NCBI RefSeq assembly: GCF_004010195.1
Contig: NC_057711.1
Coordinates: 72,265,191-72,329,190, forward strand
DNA length: 64,000 bases
Reading direction: 5' to 3'
Source of the DNA: Chiloscyllium plagiosum
Taxonomy: Eukaryota
Both the position numbers and the translations under genes were made by a program. The notes under the pieces are model-generated. The model ran no database searches, was not told where the DNA came from, and saw nothing but the letters and a program-made list of their open reading frames with translations. Positions 1 through 12,544 of the stretch are shown here, one piece after another (position 1 is the stretch's first letter; each line of letters opens with the position of its first letter).

Positions 1-201
1 CTATACTACTTTCTCCCCACCCCCACCCCCCTCTCATTTATCTCTCCACTCTGCAGGCACCCTGCGTCTATTCCTGCTGAAGGACGTTTGCCCGTAACGT
101 CGATGTTCCTGCTCCTCGGATGCTGCCTGGCCTGCTGTGCTTTTCCAGCACCACTCTGATCTAGACTTTGGTTTCCAGCATCTGCAGTCCTTGTTTTTAC
201 C
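1..201 (+). mobile_element. Penelope-like (PLE) terminal-repeat fragment, family A, with degenerate hammerhead core
   Basis: ttcCTGCTGAaggacgtttgcccGTAACGTC followed by the gatgctgcctg..ctgctgtgcttttccagca..ccagcatctgcagtcct body shared with copies at 20483, 28556, 35486, 45817 and 54382. Confidence 0.7.
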
Positions 202-350
202 TTTTCTGAATATAAGTTAGATTAAAAAGGGAGGAAGGTAATTTTAGGTGGCTGGAGTTAATGTTGTACTCAGTTGGCTGATTTAAAAGGATTCTGTAAA
301 TGAGTGTGCTCTCACGTGTGTGTTTCCTCCCCTTAAAACAGTGTAATTAC

Positions 351-537
351 TGCCATAGCAATGGGTCTCATTTCCTGTAATACTGGGAACAGGAGGAGAG
401 AATGTGACGATGGTGAATACATGCTGCCCATCAACAAAGACCTCAAGATCAAAAGCAGGCAGCACCAGAATGTGAGGCTGGTCTGGATGCAGGCATCCAA
501 GGAACGTACCAGTCAAGACAGGCACTGGTATGTCAAC
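351..537 (-). CDS. Candidate internal exon (phase 0 to 1), unidentified protein: VDIPVPVLTGTFLGCLHPDQPHILVLPAFDLEVFVDGQHVFTIVTFSPPVPSITGNETHCYG
   Basis: Acceptor tttctttttgtcctgtcgctag, donor GCA|gtaatt; 187 nt with only one frame open; non-repetitive; no homolog recognised. Confidence 0.35.
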
Positions 538-1734
538 CTAGCGACAGGACAAAAAGAAACAACCTAACTGATGATGTCCCAGGAAATGGTCAGAGATGTG
601 TTGTTCTAAGAAATAGGAAATAGGAGCAGAAGTAGGTCATTTGCCTTCCCAGTCTGCTCTGCTATTCATTAGGATCATGGCTGATTTGCCAATCCTAATG
701 TCCACTTCTGATGTTATGATGTCAGGAATTACATACGATCACAAAATCCTGGCCTCCTGCACGAAATGCTCTGAAATAAGACCCACCACAGCACTACAAC
801 CACCCAAATAGACAACACATCATAACAATCTCCCAAACAATACTCACCACAGAATTAAATCTTCACAACCTAATGCCTACCAAGCATAAATCCCTAAAAT
901 AATATCCCCTAGCAATGAAGCTCGGTATCCTCAAATAGACCTACTTCTTCTTCAAGTTACTTATTGCTGGCTGAACCAAAATTTAATGCACATCCTGAAC
1001 TGCCCTTGAATAGAATTGCTAGATCACTATTTTTGCGGATCTGGAGTCAGATGTGTGCCAGATCAGGTAAGAAAGACAGATTACCTTTTCTGGAGGACAT
1101 TAATGATAGGTATTTACAACATTAGTTACATAAACACCGTTAGGCTTGCTACTCTGATGAGTTTTGAACCCATATCCACAAAGCATAAGCCTAGCACTCT
1201 GGTGCAGTCATCGTACGACTATGCCATTGCTTTGCCATTCAGTGTCAAAGCCAGGTTAGAAAGCCTATGGTCTATGCTGGTTATTCAGTGAGGCCTCTAC
1301 AGTAACAAAAACCCTTTTTCAGGACAACCTCAGCTGGATCTGTGGCATTGGGCAAGTATCTCTCCAGGATGCTGCAGTGTGAAGGTTACCCACACCCTCA
1401 CCTCCATAACATGATGCCTGAGAGTGTCACCTGGGCCAATCCAGCACCTAAGGCCTCCAGCTAGCCTCACACTTTCGTCTTACACTGTGATAGGTCCCAG
1501 AATACCTCGACTAATCTTGGATGGGTAGGGGTTCAAGTTGTGAGTTGCCTTTGCCGATTGTGACCAATTAATGTAGACAGTGGCAGCATGTTGTTTGAAC
1601 TGACGCCAATGCTCTTCAGCCATCCACCATTTTGCCTTTCTCAATCTGACTGCAATTATATTCTATAACCATTTGCCACTTGAGTTTTGCAGTACTTTGG
1701 ACAGCTAAAGTTATTGTGTGAGAATGTAACTACA

Positions 1735-1950
1735 TTTTTTCACACAGAGCGGGGGTGAATGTACAGAATGAGCTGCCAGAGGAAGTGGTAGAGCCTGATA
1801 CAATTAAAACGTTTAAAAGGCATCTGGATGTGTGTAAGAATAGGAAAGGGATATGGGCAAATGTGACTAGATTATTTTAGGATATCTGGTTGACATGGAC
1901 AAGTTGGACTGAAGGTCTGTTTCTGTGCTGTACATCTGTATGATTCTATA
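1735..1950 (+). mobile_element. CR1/HER1 LINE 3' fragment
   Basis: gaatgagctgccagaggaagtggtagag...tttaaaaggcatctggatg and a ctgtacatctgtatgattcta tail. Confidence 0.8.
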
Positions 1951-2716
1951 ACTGTATATACATGACAGCATGTTACTTTACATATTAAAGTATACAGCTG
2001 ATGGAACAAATTGGACTGTACATATTCCATAATAAGCAAAAGGTAAGGAATGAATCAATCACACAAAAAAAAATCAACTTCTGTAATATTTCATTTTTTA
2101 TGTAGCTGCTCTAGTTATACATGCATGGCTGGATGTGGAATGTGCTGTTTTGAGAATTTGCCAGGAAACTGGAAATACTTGTTTTGTTATAATCAGACTG
2201 CAAAGAATTCCCCAGTAGCTGAACAACAGTACAGTGCAAAATATGTTTTCATTGTAGATTTGAGTGATGGTGCAGTTTTAGGAAATACCTTCTGTTCTAA
2301 GCTATAGTATGCACGAATGGAAAGCTGGTTGGAATTCTCTATGCTGCGTTAAAATTTGGCTCATTTTATGAATCGAAGAGTCAGTCTGAATCTTTGTTTT
2401 TCCTCAATTAGCCACTTCTCTTTTATTTTTGTACACTGCGCCATCTGCTCAGGCCATATAAAATTTCTTATGAGCTTTCACAATTACTCAGAGATTTAAA
2501 TAATAAGAAGCTGAACTTTACAGGTCAAAAGGATCCCAGATTCAGATTGATTTCATCAATTGCATTCAGGCAGTTTATTTGGCCTCTTGATTTAGGGTTC
2601 AGGTAAAATTTTCTTAGCTTCTCATTCCTTATGGCTAAGGAACAACACACTGCTTTGGAACTTGAAAAGAAATTGGATCAGACTTTAGCTGTTATCACTA
2701 GACTACCCTCAATCAC

Positions 2717-2786
2717 CTCCACAGTTAAAGGGGGTGAACTTCTGCTGGGGATCTTGTACTTGCTTGATGGAAGAGTTGTGAAAACT
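2717..2786 (-). CDS. Candidate exon (phase 2 to 0): VFTTLPSSKYKIPSRSSPPLTVE
   Basis: Acceptor ttttttttgcctag, donor GAG|gtgatt; phase-compatible with the 351-537 candidate. Confidence 0.25.
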
Positions 2787-4039
2787 CTAGGCAAAAAAAA
2801 AGGTGTAAAGGCCTTTTTACCAACATTGCTTCAGCTCTTTCCCAAAGTGAACGGTAACTTCCTGTCTAGACTCACTTCACATACAAATGAGGATCACGTG
2901 GATGAAGTCCCTATAGACATATGAGTGCATGTGAAGCCAAATCCCAACAATTAGCCAAAACCTTCAGGAAAAACAAAACATATTGACATTCCTTAATTTA
3001 AAAAAACAAAGGTTACTCCTATACCGATCAAATATTAAAATGTATAAGTACACCAAATACACTTCTGGACTGGGAAAGTGAAGATTATTTTGTTTTGTAC
3101 TGAAGCAGCAGCATAAAACAAATTTCATGTTGCAACATCTCATAGTCTACATATGAATGCACTTTTCATGTTCCAGTGCTGAAGAAATTGGAAACTAATA
3201 TCTGTCTGGTGAGTAAGAAGGAGATGGGGGAGGGTTGTGAAATGTGCCCTGTTCACATTACACTTAGGTTAGCAATGTCCATCAGGTCACAAGGCAGTTT
3301 GACCCTAAATCATTATGAAGGCAGTTTCCAATGTAAGTGGGATTTTAACTGAGGAGGTCAGGCAAAATTCTTTAAATTTTACAGAGGTCAGGTCCTGTTG
3401 GAAAACTTCAGTATAAATATATCCACAACAGAAATCTGTAACTTGAATACCAGATGTTCGAGTAGAAAACTCCATGACATAAGTGTATTGAAACATGTCT
3501 GTAAGCATTTACTATTCTCTTGGCATTTGCTCGATATCAAAATTTGTCAATGTAAACAGTCCCGAGTCAAATTTAGTCATTTAGGGTTTATTGATATCAA
3601 TTTTGCAAATATTTTACGAGACTATGATTGTTGCAATGTGAATGGGGCTCTTGAGTCTTGAAAAGCTATAATATTCCATAAATACTTTGAGACAATCATA
3701 ACACATGTGTTCTAAGTACTTGTCCTACTTGTGGCTCAGTTTCTAAATATTGTGAACAGTGTGGAATGGAGCAAACACAGGCAAGGTTGATGTGAGGTTC
3801 AAGCTGCAGTTTGGGCAGAGCTATCTGATTTCAACTTTGCTGGCAACATGTTACTTTAAAAACCTGGTCCAGAGAGGAAAATATCAGTCAGTGTTAACTT
3901 TATGGATAGATATCCAATAATATCGTTCTAAAAAAGGTAAATGAAAACAGAGCAGGCTTGACTGTGATTCCCCTCATTGTCAAACAGCCCTCATTGTCTG
4001 TACAGAACCATGCACAGCAACAATCACTGAAATGAGTCC

Positions 4040-4490
4040 ATGGGTTGAAGGTACATCCACTGTCAGGATATTGTGTTATCTGGAAAGGAACATGCAGGTG
4101 GTGACATTCCTAGGAGCTCATGTATTTTTGAGGTGCTGTTTGAAAAAACCTTGGTAATTGCTGCTGTGCATCTTGTAGATAGTGCACATTCCATGCTGAT
4201 GTTTAAGTTATCTGAATGTTGTAGCTGGTGGATGGGGTGCCAATCAAGGAGGTTACTTTGCCTTGGCATTGAGTTTCTTGAATCTTATTGGAATTGCAGC
4301 GAAATGGTTAGATCCTTCACACTCCTTACTTATGTCATTTAAATGGTGCAAAGGCTTTGAGGAGCCAGGATATAAACAGCTCACCACTGAAAACGCAACT
4401 TTTTTACCTACAAATGTAGCCACAGTATTGATGTGACTGGTTCACATAAGTTTTCGGTCACGGGTAATCCTCACAATGTTGATGATAGGA
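4040..4490 (-). mobile_element. Decayed LINE fragment, second CR1/L2-group family
   Basis: Similar to the 42852-43840 and 46275-46610 copies (gtgcatcttgtagatagtgcaca...ggtggatggggtgccaatcaag). Confidence 0.55.
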
Positions 4491-4504
4491 GATATGATTA
4501 CGGT

Positions 4505-4790
4505 AAACCAAGGTTTAGGGTAAGAGGGGAAAAATTTAAAAGGGACCTAAGGGGCAACTTTTTCATGCAAAGGGTGGTGCATTTATGGAATGAGATGCCA
4601 GAGGAAGTGGTGGAGGCTGGTACAATGACAACATTGAAAAGGCTTCTGGATGTGTATATAAATAGGAAGGGTTCAGAGGGATATGAGCCAAGTGCTGGCA
4701 AATGGAATTAGTTTAGGTTAGGATATCTGGTCAGCATGGACGAGAAGGGTCTGTTTTGGTGCTGTACATCTCTGTGACTCTGTGACTGTC
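4505..4790 (+). mobile_element. CR1/HER1 LINE 3' end
   Basis: Encodes FRVRGEKFKRDLRGNFFMQRVVHLWNEMPEEVVEAG (CR1 ORF2 C-terminus) plus a (tgactctg)n tail. Confidence 0.88.
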
Positions 4791-5688
4791 AAGGGGAGCT
4801 GTTTAGAATCTCTTGTTGGATATAGGTATTACCCAACACGTGCAGCCTGCATTTACTTCCCGCTTACTCGTGTTACAACTACTTCTCTAGTAAGGTTCCC
4901 CAAATTGCTGTGGTTTCAGGTGGGATATTTCAAGCTGTTCAGCTTGTTGGTGAGAAGGGTTGAACTGGCTCCACTTGGTTCTACATCTACCCCTCAGCTG
5001 GCTGCAGCAAGTTTCATACCTTTCTCTGAGACATAGGTGTTTCAAATGGAGTCAATTTAAACAGGGTTTACTTCAAATAACAAAGAGTGAACTCATTAAT
5101 CACTAAACACAAGATGAAGTAAGAATGCAACACACATACGCACAGATGAGAATTATGACGTTGAGTCCAAAAAGCTAATATTAAAAGATATGGATTAATC
5201 TCTAAGTTATTCATGAAGTGCAAATAGTTGAATGTTGCATTCAATGCATTGGTGTTACCAATAGCAATGGCATTGGTCATTTCTCAGTCAACTTCAAGAT
5301 TGTTGGCTCTGTAGGTTGATTAAAATGCTTTTGTACAGCTTTCAGCAATGGTTGATTGGCAGCATTCAGAGTAAGAAATAGTATTTTTTCTTTCCTTACC
5401 TAAAGTTCGGGGGTGTTTAAATAGTCATGTGTTGAAGTTACTCAGAGAAGTGACCTTCACAGCACACCAATCTATGCATTTGGACGTCAGGAGACCAACA
5501 TACACAGATCAGGGTTGAAGCTGTTCAGCTATCTGGAGCCAATCATGTAGTTGCTGACAGACAAAAGGCATCTACAATAGGTCACCATTGCCAGCTGAAT
5601 CTCCATTGTACATAACTCTTGACTCCATCTTGTCTGTAAGTAGGCCTCGCCTCCACTACTTCAACCAACAGCAGTATGAACAGCTTAC

Positions 5689-5761
5689 CAGTGTCAGGTA
5701 ACTCGCTTTTTAAAAGTGCAGAAATCGTTTCCACAGTCCTTGCTTTTTTAAATAAAAATGT
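5689..5761 (-). CDS. Candidate exon (phase 0 to 1): TFLFKKARTVETISALLKSELPDT
   Basis: Acceptor ctttggtgtcaacag, donor CTG|gtaagc; only one frame open. Confidence 0.25.
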
Positions 5762-6441
5762 CTGTTGACACCAAAGTTACAATAGTAGATTCTGAATGTG
5801 CATGGTCATCTCTGTTTTTGACATAAGTGTACTTGTGTGCAATATACAGCAGATTTTAAGAACATAGATAAAAGCTTACTTTGTCTAAAAGATTTTTTTC
5901 TCTTCAACATTAATTTCTCATTGATTCTTTGAAGCATTTTTACATGCTTGTTAGGTTTTATTTAAATTTAATTCTGATGTTTCACTGCAGCTGCATATAC
6001 TCCAGGTGCCAGCAAATGCAATATTTATAAAACCTTTCCCATTTCAGTCCAAAATCAAAAATACAGAAAAATAAAAAATATATTCTCTTTACAGTCCTTT
6101 TCTTAACAGAACATAAAGCATATTGTAATTAAAGCTTGATATGTCCATAGGTGATCCTGGTTAATAAACTGTGATCTTGAAACTATTCCAAGTCTGAACA
6201 TTGTCCAGGTCTTTCTTCATGCACTTCATTACATGAAGATTTATAAATTGAAGTAAAACTGAGAGAAGTCAGCTATGAGGATCGTTTGCTGAGCTTTGAT
6301 ATAATTGATGAATTGCGATGGGCAATTATTTGGTAACTTCAGCTGATCAGTGAGGACAGGAGATGGTTAGGTGAGACGGATGATGATGACAGGTTTTAAG
6401 GAGATGGGCAGTACCTAAGGACAGAGAACCATTAACATTGA

Positions 6442-6784
6442 TGAAGTACAGAAAACTGATTACAGATGAGGCTCTCAGAAAAGGCAGGTGGGAACATGGT
6501 CAACATACCAGAGTCACAGGCTGTAACGTAATGATGCAAATGTATTTTCTCCAAAATTAATTTCTCATTTCCTTTCAGCACAGCCACCTCTTGTCAAGTA
6601 ACTTTCTTTGTCCTATCCTCTTAATCATTGATATGCTTCATATGCTGTCCATCTGTCACATCAGCCACAAGCATGTTGCCAGGCCTCCCCTCAATTACGT
6701 TACAGCCTGTGACTCTGGTATGTTGACCATGTTCCCACCTGCCTTTTCTGAGAGCCTCATCTGTAATCAGTTTTCTGTACTTCA
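6442..6784. repeat. Perfect 91-bp inverted repeat (6442-6532 / 6694-6784), 161-bp spacer
   Basis: Base-by-base reverse-complement identity from tgaagtacagaaaactg to ctgtaacgtaat. Confidence 0.95.
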
Positions 6785-6834
6785 GATTTTAAACACAGGC
6801 AGGAAACAGGGTCAAGTTGGGATCAGGGTGAACA

Positions 6835-7180
6835 ATCGACATAAAACTTTGGTTGGGCCACAGGTAGAGTACTGTATGCAGTTCTGGAGTCCACATTATA
6901 GGAGGGATATGATTGCATTCAGGAAGGTCCAAAGGACACTTACCAGGATGATCCCTGGGCTGGAGCATTTCAGTTCTGATATTTCCTTTGGAGCAGAGGA
7001 GACTGAGGAGGTACATATTTCAGAAGTAATTAGGCGTACACTTGTGCTGCCAAGGCATACAAGGCTATGGGTGAGTACTGGAAAATGGGATTAGAACAAT
7101 TAGGTGGTTGTTTTTGACTGGCACAGGCTCAATGGGCTGAAGGGCTTTTTTCTGTGCTGCAAACCACCCTGATTTTATAA
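6835..7180 (+). mobile_element. Internally deleted CR1 LINE 3' fragment
   Basis: KTLVGPQVEYCMQFWSPHYRRDMIAFRKVQRTLTRMIPGL motif. Confidence 0.8.
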
Positions 7181-7760
7181 TCCTGATATTTTAATAACCC
7201 CACCAATCCTGCCAGGGATTTAATTAAAATTGAAACCACAGTATTGTGCCTTTCTATTACTCTCTGCTGTGTGACTATTTATCCAACATCCAACTGTAAA
7301 TGATTCATAACTTTATCCAGTTCATCAGAATTAAAACCAAAACCATTGTTACTGGCACCAGCCACTAACTTTGCTCCCTCCCTTTTATTCCATTCTTCTC
7401 CTTGGCCCTACTGAAGTGCTGACCAATCAACTTCCCTTCTGATCTGATGTTAAGACGAGTAGTTAATGTTTCTTTGTCCTTAGGTACTATCCACCTTCTT
7501 AAAACCATCGTCATCCCTCCTGACTAACTCTGTCCTCACTGGTGAGCCAAAGTTACCAAACAGTTACCCACTGCAATCCATCAATTGTATCAAAGTTTGG
7601 CAAGTGATCCTCATAGCTAGCTGTCAGGATGCAAGTCAAGTAGTGACAACAGTAATCACTTGAATAAAGAGTCTGCACCTTTCCCTTAAGAGACTGCTCA
7701 ATCTGATTTCACAGCAGTGCTATGTTCAGAAGATAATGCAGTTTCTTACTTGCCACATAC

Positions 7761-7803
7761 CTTTCCAGCTATATTGATGTTGGTTATGACATAATTCATT
7801 AAC
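7761..7803 (-). CDS. Candidate exon (phase 2 to 0): LMNYVITNINIAGK
   Basis: Acceptor ttttaattaacag, donor AAG|gtatgt; 43 nt. Confidence 0.3.
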
Positions 7804-8225
7804 CTGTTAATTAAAACATGCGCCCTCTATAAAGTCCTGGAACATTATAAAAATACATTCTACTTCATTGCCACTTGCAATTTAACAGAGTTCCAATTAG
7901 AAATCATTAAAATTCATTTTTTTTTCATTTTTCTGCTCTGCTTTTTAAAAAGCTATGACTTGTAGATTTACAGCACAGCAATTGCTTTAAATATGGATGA
8001 GATGAGGGAGGAAGGATGGAGTTACAGGCACCCATACTTTCTTGTGAAAGTTTCTTGTGATGGAATTGGACTCTTGTTTGGAATTTGGTTAGATTCTACT
8101 CCCACCTATTTTCTGGGCACAGTATAACTTATTACAATTGCCTGACTGCTAACTGAACTATCACTCGCCAAGAATCAAAATAGGTGACTTCCTAATCTGT
8201 TTACTGGTTCTGGATCTCCCCATAC

Positions 8226-8294
8226 CTCGAATTTAAAACTTTTGTCCTTGTGATTAAATTCCGACCTTGTATAAACTTTTTATTTATACTCCTT
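8226..8294 (-). CDS. Candidate exon (phase 2 to 2): RSINKKFIQGRNLITRTKVLNS
   Basis: Acceptor tgttgttgtag, donor GAG|gtatgg; 69 nt, only one frame open, phase matches neighbours. Confidence 0.3.
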
Positions 8295-8538
8295 CTACAA
8301 CAACATTTGCTTGTAGCAAGGAGAAATTGAAATGTTCTTTATGGGTGCTCCTTCTGGGTGATCAAACGACAACATTGATGCCATTGCTTAACCTATGATA
8401 TTTTTTCTGACAATCCGATGAATGGAGGAGACGGAAGCCAATTGTTCTTCAGGTATGCTCCATGATACTTTTATGTCAGCTACGCCTCAATTGTAGCTCT
8501 CTCAGCCTCCAAGACAGATTAAAACTAAACACAATAAC

Positions 8539-8590
8539 CTCAGTTGGTTTTGTAGTGCAGTATGAAAAGAGTGTTGCACTGTCAGAAGAG
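8539..8590 (-). CDS. Candidate exon (phase 1 to 2): LLTVQHSFHTALQNQL
   Basis: Weak acceptor aaattacag and weak donor GAG|gttatt; phase-compatible with 8226-8294. Confidence 0.15.
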
Positions 8591-9440
8591 CTGTAATTTT
8601 TTAAAATGTTAATCATTTGCTCTCCTGTGTACATAAAAGATTCAATCTCATATTTCAAAGAATAACAGGGGAGTTCTCCTCAGTGTCTGAATGAATGTTT
8701 ATCATTGAGGCACCATCAGAGGTGAACAGAGTCCAACACCCCTGACAACAGCTGGCATGCTGGTTTGTTGACTGATTTCCTGATGCTGTCTAGGTTGACT
8801 AGTGCTATGGGAAGCATAAGTTCTTGATCCAACCCCAACCCCTATAATGGCCAACTGAAATATTTGGAGAGCTCGCTAGGTGTGTTGAGAATCTCAGGGA
8901 AACCTTCCAGGCTGTCTGGTGCAAAACAGATGGAAGGAGATGGGTACAGAGTGGGGAGCTAATAATGGTTACCCAGGGATTTACCCTGGAGACATCACCA
9001 TTTTGGTGGCACAGAAGTAGGCTTGGAGATTGGTATCTTGGTGCCCTCAGTGCTGCCATGGTACCAGGCAGAGTGGGCAGTCAGCACTAAGGCAGTGTGG
9101 AACCTGTTACCATCGAGGTATCACCAGGGCAAAAAAGCAGGGGAAAGCTGCTGAGGATAAATGGACAATCAACTGATCAGAAAGAAAGCAGACGTTGGCA
9201 ATGGGAACATAAGGCTTGGATTTTGGGTCCAGAACACAAATTCTGAAGAGGAAGGGTAGAGCCAATGACAATAGGAGCTAAGAAGAAAAGAACAAGTGGC
9301 TTGATGTTCATAAGTGCAAATCCGTCCACATAGGATCCACTCGCAAACACTGGGATACTAGGAGGTGACTGAGAATCATAGATGCAGGGGATTATAATCC
9401 TCCATGCAGACATTTGTATCCTTACAGCACTGGCTGCCAT

Positions 9441-9840
9441 TAGAGTCATAGAGATGTACAGCACCGAAACAGACCCTTTGGTCCAACTCGTCCATGCCGG
9501 TCAGATATCCTAAATAAATCCAGTCCCATTTGCCACCACTTGGCCCATATTCCTCTAAACCCTTCCTATTCATATACACATCCAGAAGCCTTTTAAATGT
9601 TGGAATTGTACCAGCCTCCACCACCTCCTTTGGCAGCTCATTCTATACACACACATCACCATTTGCATGAAAACATTGTCTCTTAGGTCCCTTTTAAATT
9701 TTTCTCCTTTCACCTTAAACCTATACCCTCTAGTTTTGGACTCCCCTACCTTGGGGAAAAAACCTTGGCTATTCGCCCAATCCATGCCCCTCAAGATTTT
9801 ATAAACTTTGATAAGGTCGCCCCATAACATCTGATGCTCC
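9441..9840 (-). mobile_element. CR1/HER1 LINE 3' end
   Basis: LWGDLIKVYKILRGMD...SKTRGYRFKVKGEKFKRDLR on the minus strand with a ctctatgactcta tail. Confidence 0.88.
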
Positions 9841-10584
9841 TTTTGACTTAATGTTTTGCCCTCACTGTGAATGAAGCTTTATCTTGACTGTGAATGACCC
9901 TTTCATTTCCTTTACCACCTCATATCATTATCCTCATCATGTCTGCAATAAAGTGACTTTCTGACGCCATGCTCAGAGACAGTCAGAAGGCACTAGTGTC
10001 ACTCATTCAGAACTGACAAGATATCCTCAGCAGTCAGCCTCAACCACGCAATGCTCACCTTGTGACCACAGAGCAGCTCCAGGCAGTCTGCTCTCTGGTC
10101 TCTGCTTGCAGCTGAGGTACATGTGGCTATTGTCCTCATCATGGAGGACCCCATCAGGGATCATACAGTCTGCTACATTTATATCATTGGAGAGGCAGCC
10201 TCTGTCACATGACCCTGTGGTATACTCTGAGGAACCAAGTAGGCAGAGAATGACGATGGTGCCAAGCTTCTGACTTCACTGCCTGTTGACGTGGGCTGAG
10301 GGCTATCACAATAGAGTTTGTTCTGCATGACATATTTTACACCTATCACTATCACAAGGAATGTCTGTCAGTGACAGTGCAACTAACAGCTCCAAATACT
10401 TATAAAGGTTTTGAATTGAGGCGATGAATTAAATGTTTATTTTAAAAAGGGATTAAATAATTGAACTTAAATGGAGTGAATGTAATTTTTGCAATAGGAG
10501 TATCATGTTTTAAACTATTGCATTTGTCAATATTCAGGACTTTTTCTACTCATTCACGGAATCCTATGCTGTTAAATTATTGTA

Positions 10585-11525
10585 TTTATTGCCCATTCCA
10601 GTTAGGTTTAAGGAGGTGGCGAATTGCATTCTTAAAAATGTTGCAGTACATGGAAGGTAGGTATACCCGTAGTGCTATTAGGATGGGATTGTGACATAAT
10701 GTCAGTGAAGGAACAACTATTTAGGCCCAAAGCAGGACGGTGCATGGCTTGGAGGGGAACTTGCAGGTGTTGGTGCTCCCATGCATTCGCTACCCTCGTC
10801 TTTATAGGTGGAAGAGGTTGCAGGTTTGGAAAGTCAAAGGAGTCTGAGGACTCACAAATGGCACTGAACTTTCGAACTTATGATGTAAGGAAGTTCATTG
10901 ATGGAGCAGCTGAAGACTGTGGGGTCAAAGACTTGCCCCTGAGAAAACACTGCAGTGATATCGTGGTTGGCCAAAAACTACCACAACTATCTCACAAAAT
11001 GTGAGACATGGCTCAAGTTAAGTGCACGGTTCTCCTCCTGACTCCCATTGACTCCAGTTTTGATCGGGCTCCTTGATGCCACACTCAGTCAAATGCTGTC
11101 TTGAGATCAAGTATGGCCACTCTCACCTCACTTTAGGTTTCAACCCCATTGTCCATATTTGGACCAAATTTGAAAGGAGATCAGGAGTTGAATGGTCCTG
11201 GCGGAATCCAAACTGTGTATCAGTGAACAGGTTATTTCTGGGGAAGTATCATTTGAGAACACTGTCAAGTTGTTGATGATCTGATATAGCAGTAACTGAG
11301 AGATTGGCTTAGCCTTGCTTTTTATGGGCAGGATAAATATGGGCAAAGTTCTACATTGAAGAGTTTATGCCCGAAACGTCGACTCTCCTGCTCCTTAGAT
11401 GCCACCTGACCTGCTGTGATCTTTTAGCACCACACTTTTCGATTGTGATTGCCAGCATCCGCAGTCCTCACTTTTTCTCAAAGCTCTACCTTACCAGATA
11501 AATACCAGTGTTTAGCTGTACTGTA
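10585..11525 (-). mobile_element. Decayed LINE, second CR1/L2-group family, interrupted by a PLE family A insert
   Basis: 3' end atttattgcccattcc...aggaggtggcgaattgcattctt shared with other copies. Confidence 0.6.
11358..11478 (+). mobile_element. PLE family A short insertion, truncated inside the hammerhead core
   Basis: gaagagtttatgcccGAAACGTC...cagtcctcacttttt; TSD caaagttctacatt (11344-11357) / caaagctctacctt (11479-11492). Confidence 0.8.
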
Positions 11526-12544
11526 AAAAAATTAGATAATTATCTTATTTAGTCTAGGCATGGATTCATGTTCATACTGGGTAAGTGGGTGTGCTGTTGG
11601 CTGATGTGGGTGATGAGTGGGGCAGATGGGTCACTCTGTATGGGCACGGTGCAGGAGACAATAAAAGGCCATTGGTGGAGGTGCATTGGCTAATATAGGG
11701 GCAAAAATAGGCAATGGAGGTTAGTAAGGGGGCAAAGGTTGCCATGGAAGGCACGAAGGGACAGGTGAGTGGGGGGAGGAGCATACTTTGGCACTGAGAA
11801 TATGAGGGACCACGGGGAGTGGATGGGGAGCATGTCGCAGCATGGGTTGGTGGGGACATAGTGCAAGTGTGTGGGGGTGAGGCTGGCTTTTGGTTTTATT
11901 GCTTTATTAACAGGTTTGATAAAGTCCCGCAGTGCAGAGGCAGGCCTTTTAAACAGGCCGTCTCCACATCAACAGCACATGTGGCTGCCCCCAGACGTTT
12001 GGTGGTGGTGGACCTAATTCCAGCCATCACTCTTTCCCCAGAAGACAAACCTGACAAGTCAGAGCATCTCCTTCAGCATTGCTTTTGAGGAGTTGGAGTT
12101 TTGCCCAAATTTGTGCTCCCAACTGAGGAGCAAGAATTCAGGCTGCAATCTTTTGACCAGCACACACCCTTGTGACACATGAGACAAATGGTTCAACAAA
12201 ACTAATCTTTAGCACAATAACGATGGTCCAAAACAGTTCAGATACAACAGACCTTTTTAAACGTGCCCCTTTAAGCAAAAGCTCACTGACTCACAGCATG
12301 GACTGCAGTGGTTCAAGAAGGCAGCTCACCACCATTTTCTCAAGGGCAGTTAGGGATGGGCAATAAATACTGGCCTATCCCAGGTCCTGTGAAAAAGTAA
12401 GTGAAAAAAAACTCCAAAGTCAGGCTCCAGTCAATCTCAACAGCTGTACTGGAAAATAGTCCAGCAACTCCTGGCTACAAAACTCATTCACAGAGCATTG
12501 CCTGATGACTATGCCCCAAAATAAATCTGCTACTGGATGTCTCT

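Larger units (their letters stand above)
6271..7618. repeat. Diverged inverted repeat pair (arms ~6271-6436 and ~7462-7618)
   Basis: agctatgaggatc...gtacctaaggacagagaaccattaac aligns, with mismatches and indels, to the reverse complement of gttaatgtttctttgtccttaggtac...gatcctcatagct. Confidence 0.8.

Noticed and set aside
2631..2924. 97-aa ATG-initiated plus-strand ORF
   Set aside because: No recognisable homology; overlaps a minus-strand exon candidate; length is within chance expectation
6591..7094. 167-aa ORF
   Set aside because: Chimeric read-through of an inverted-repeat arm and a deleted CR1 fragment
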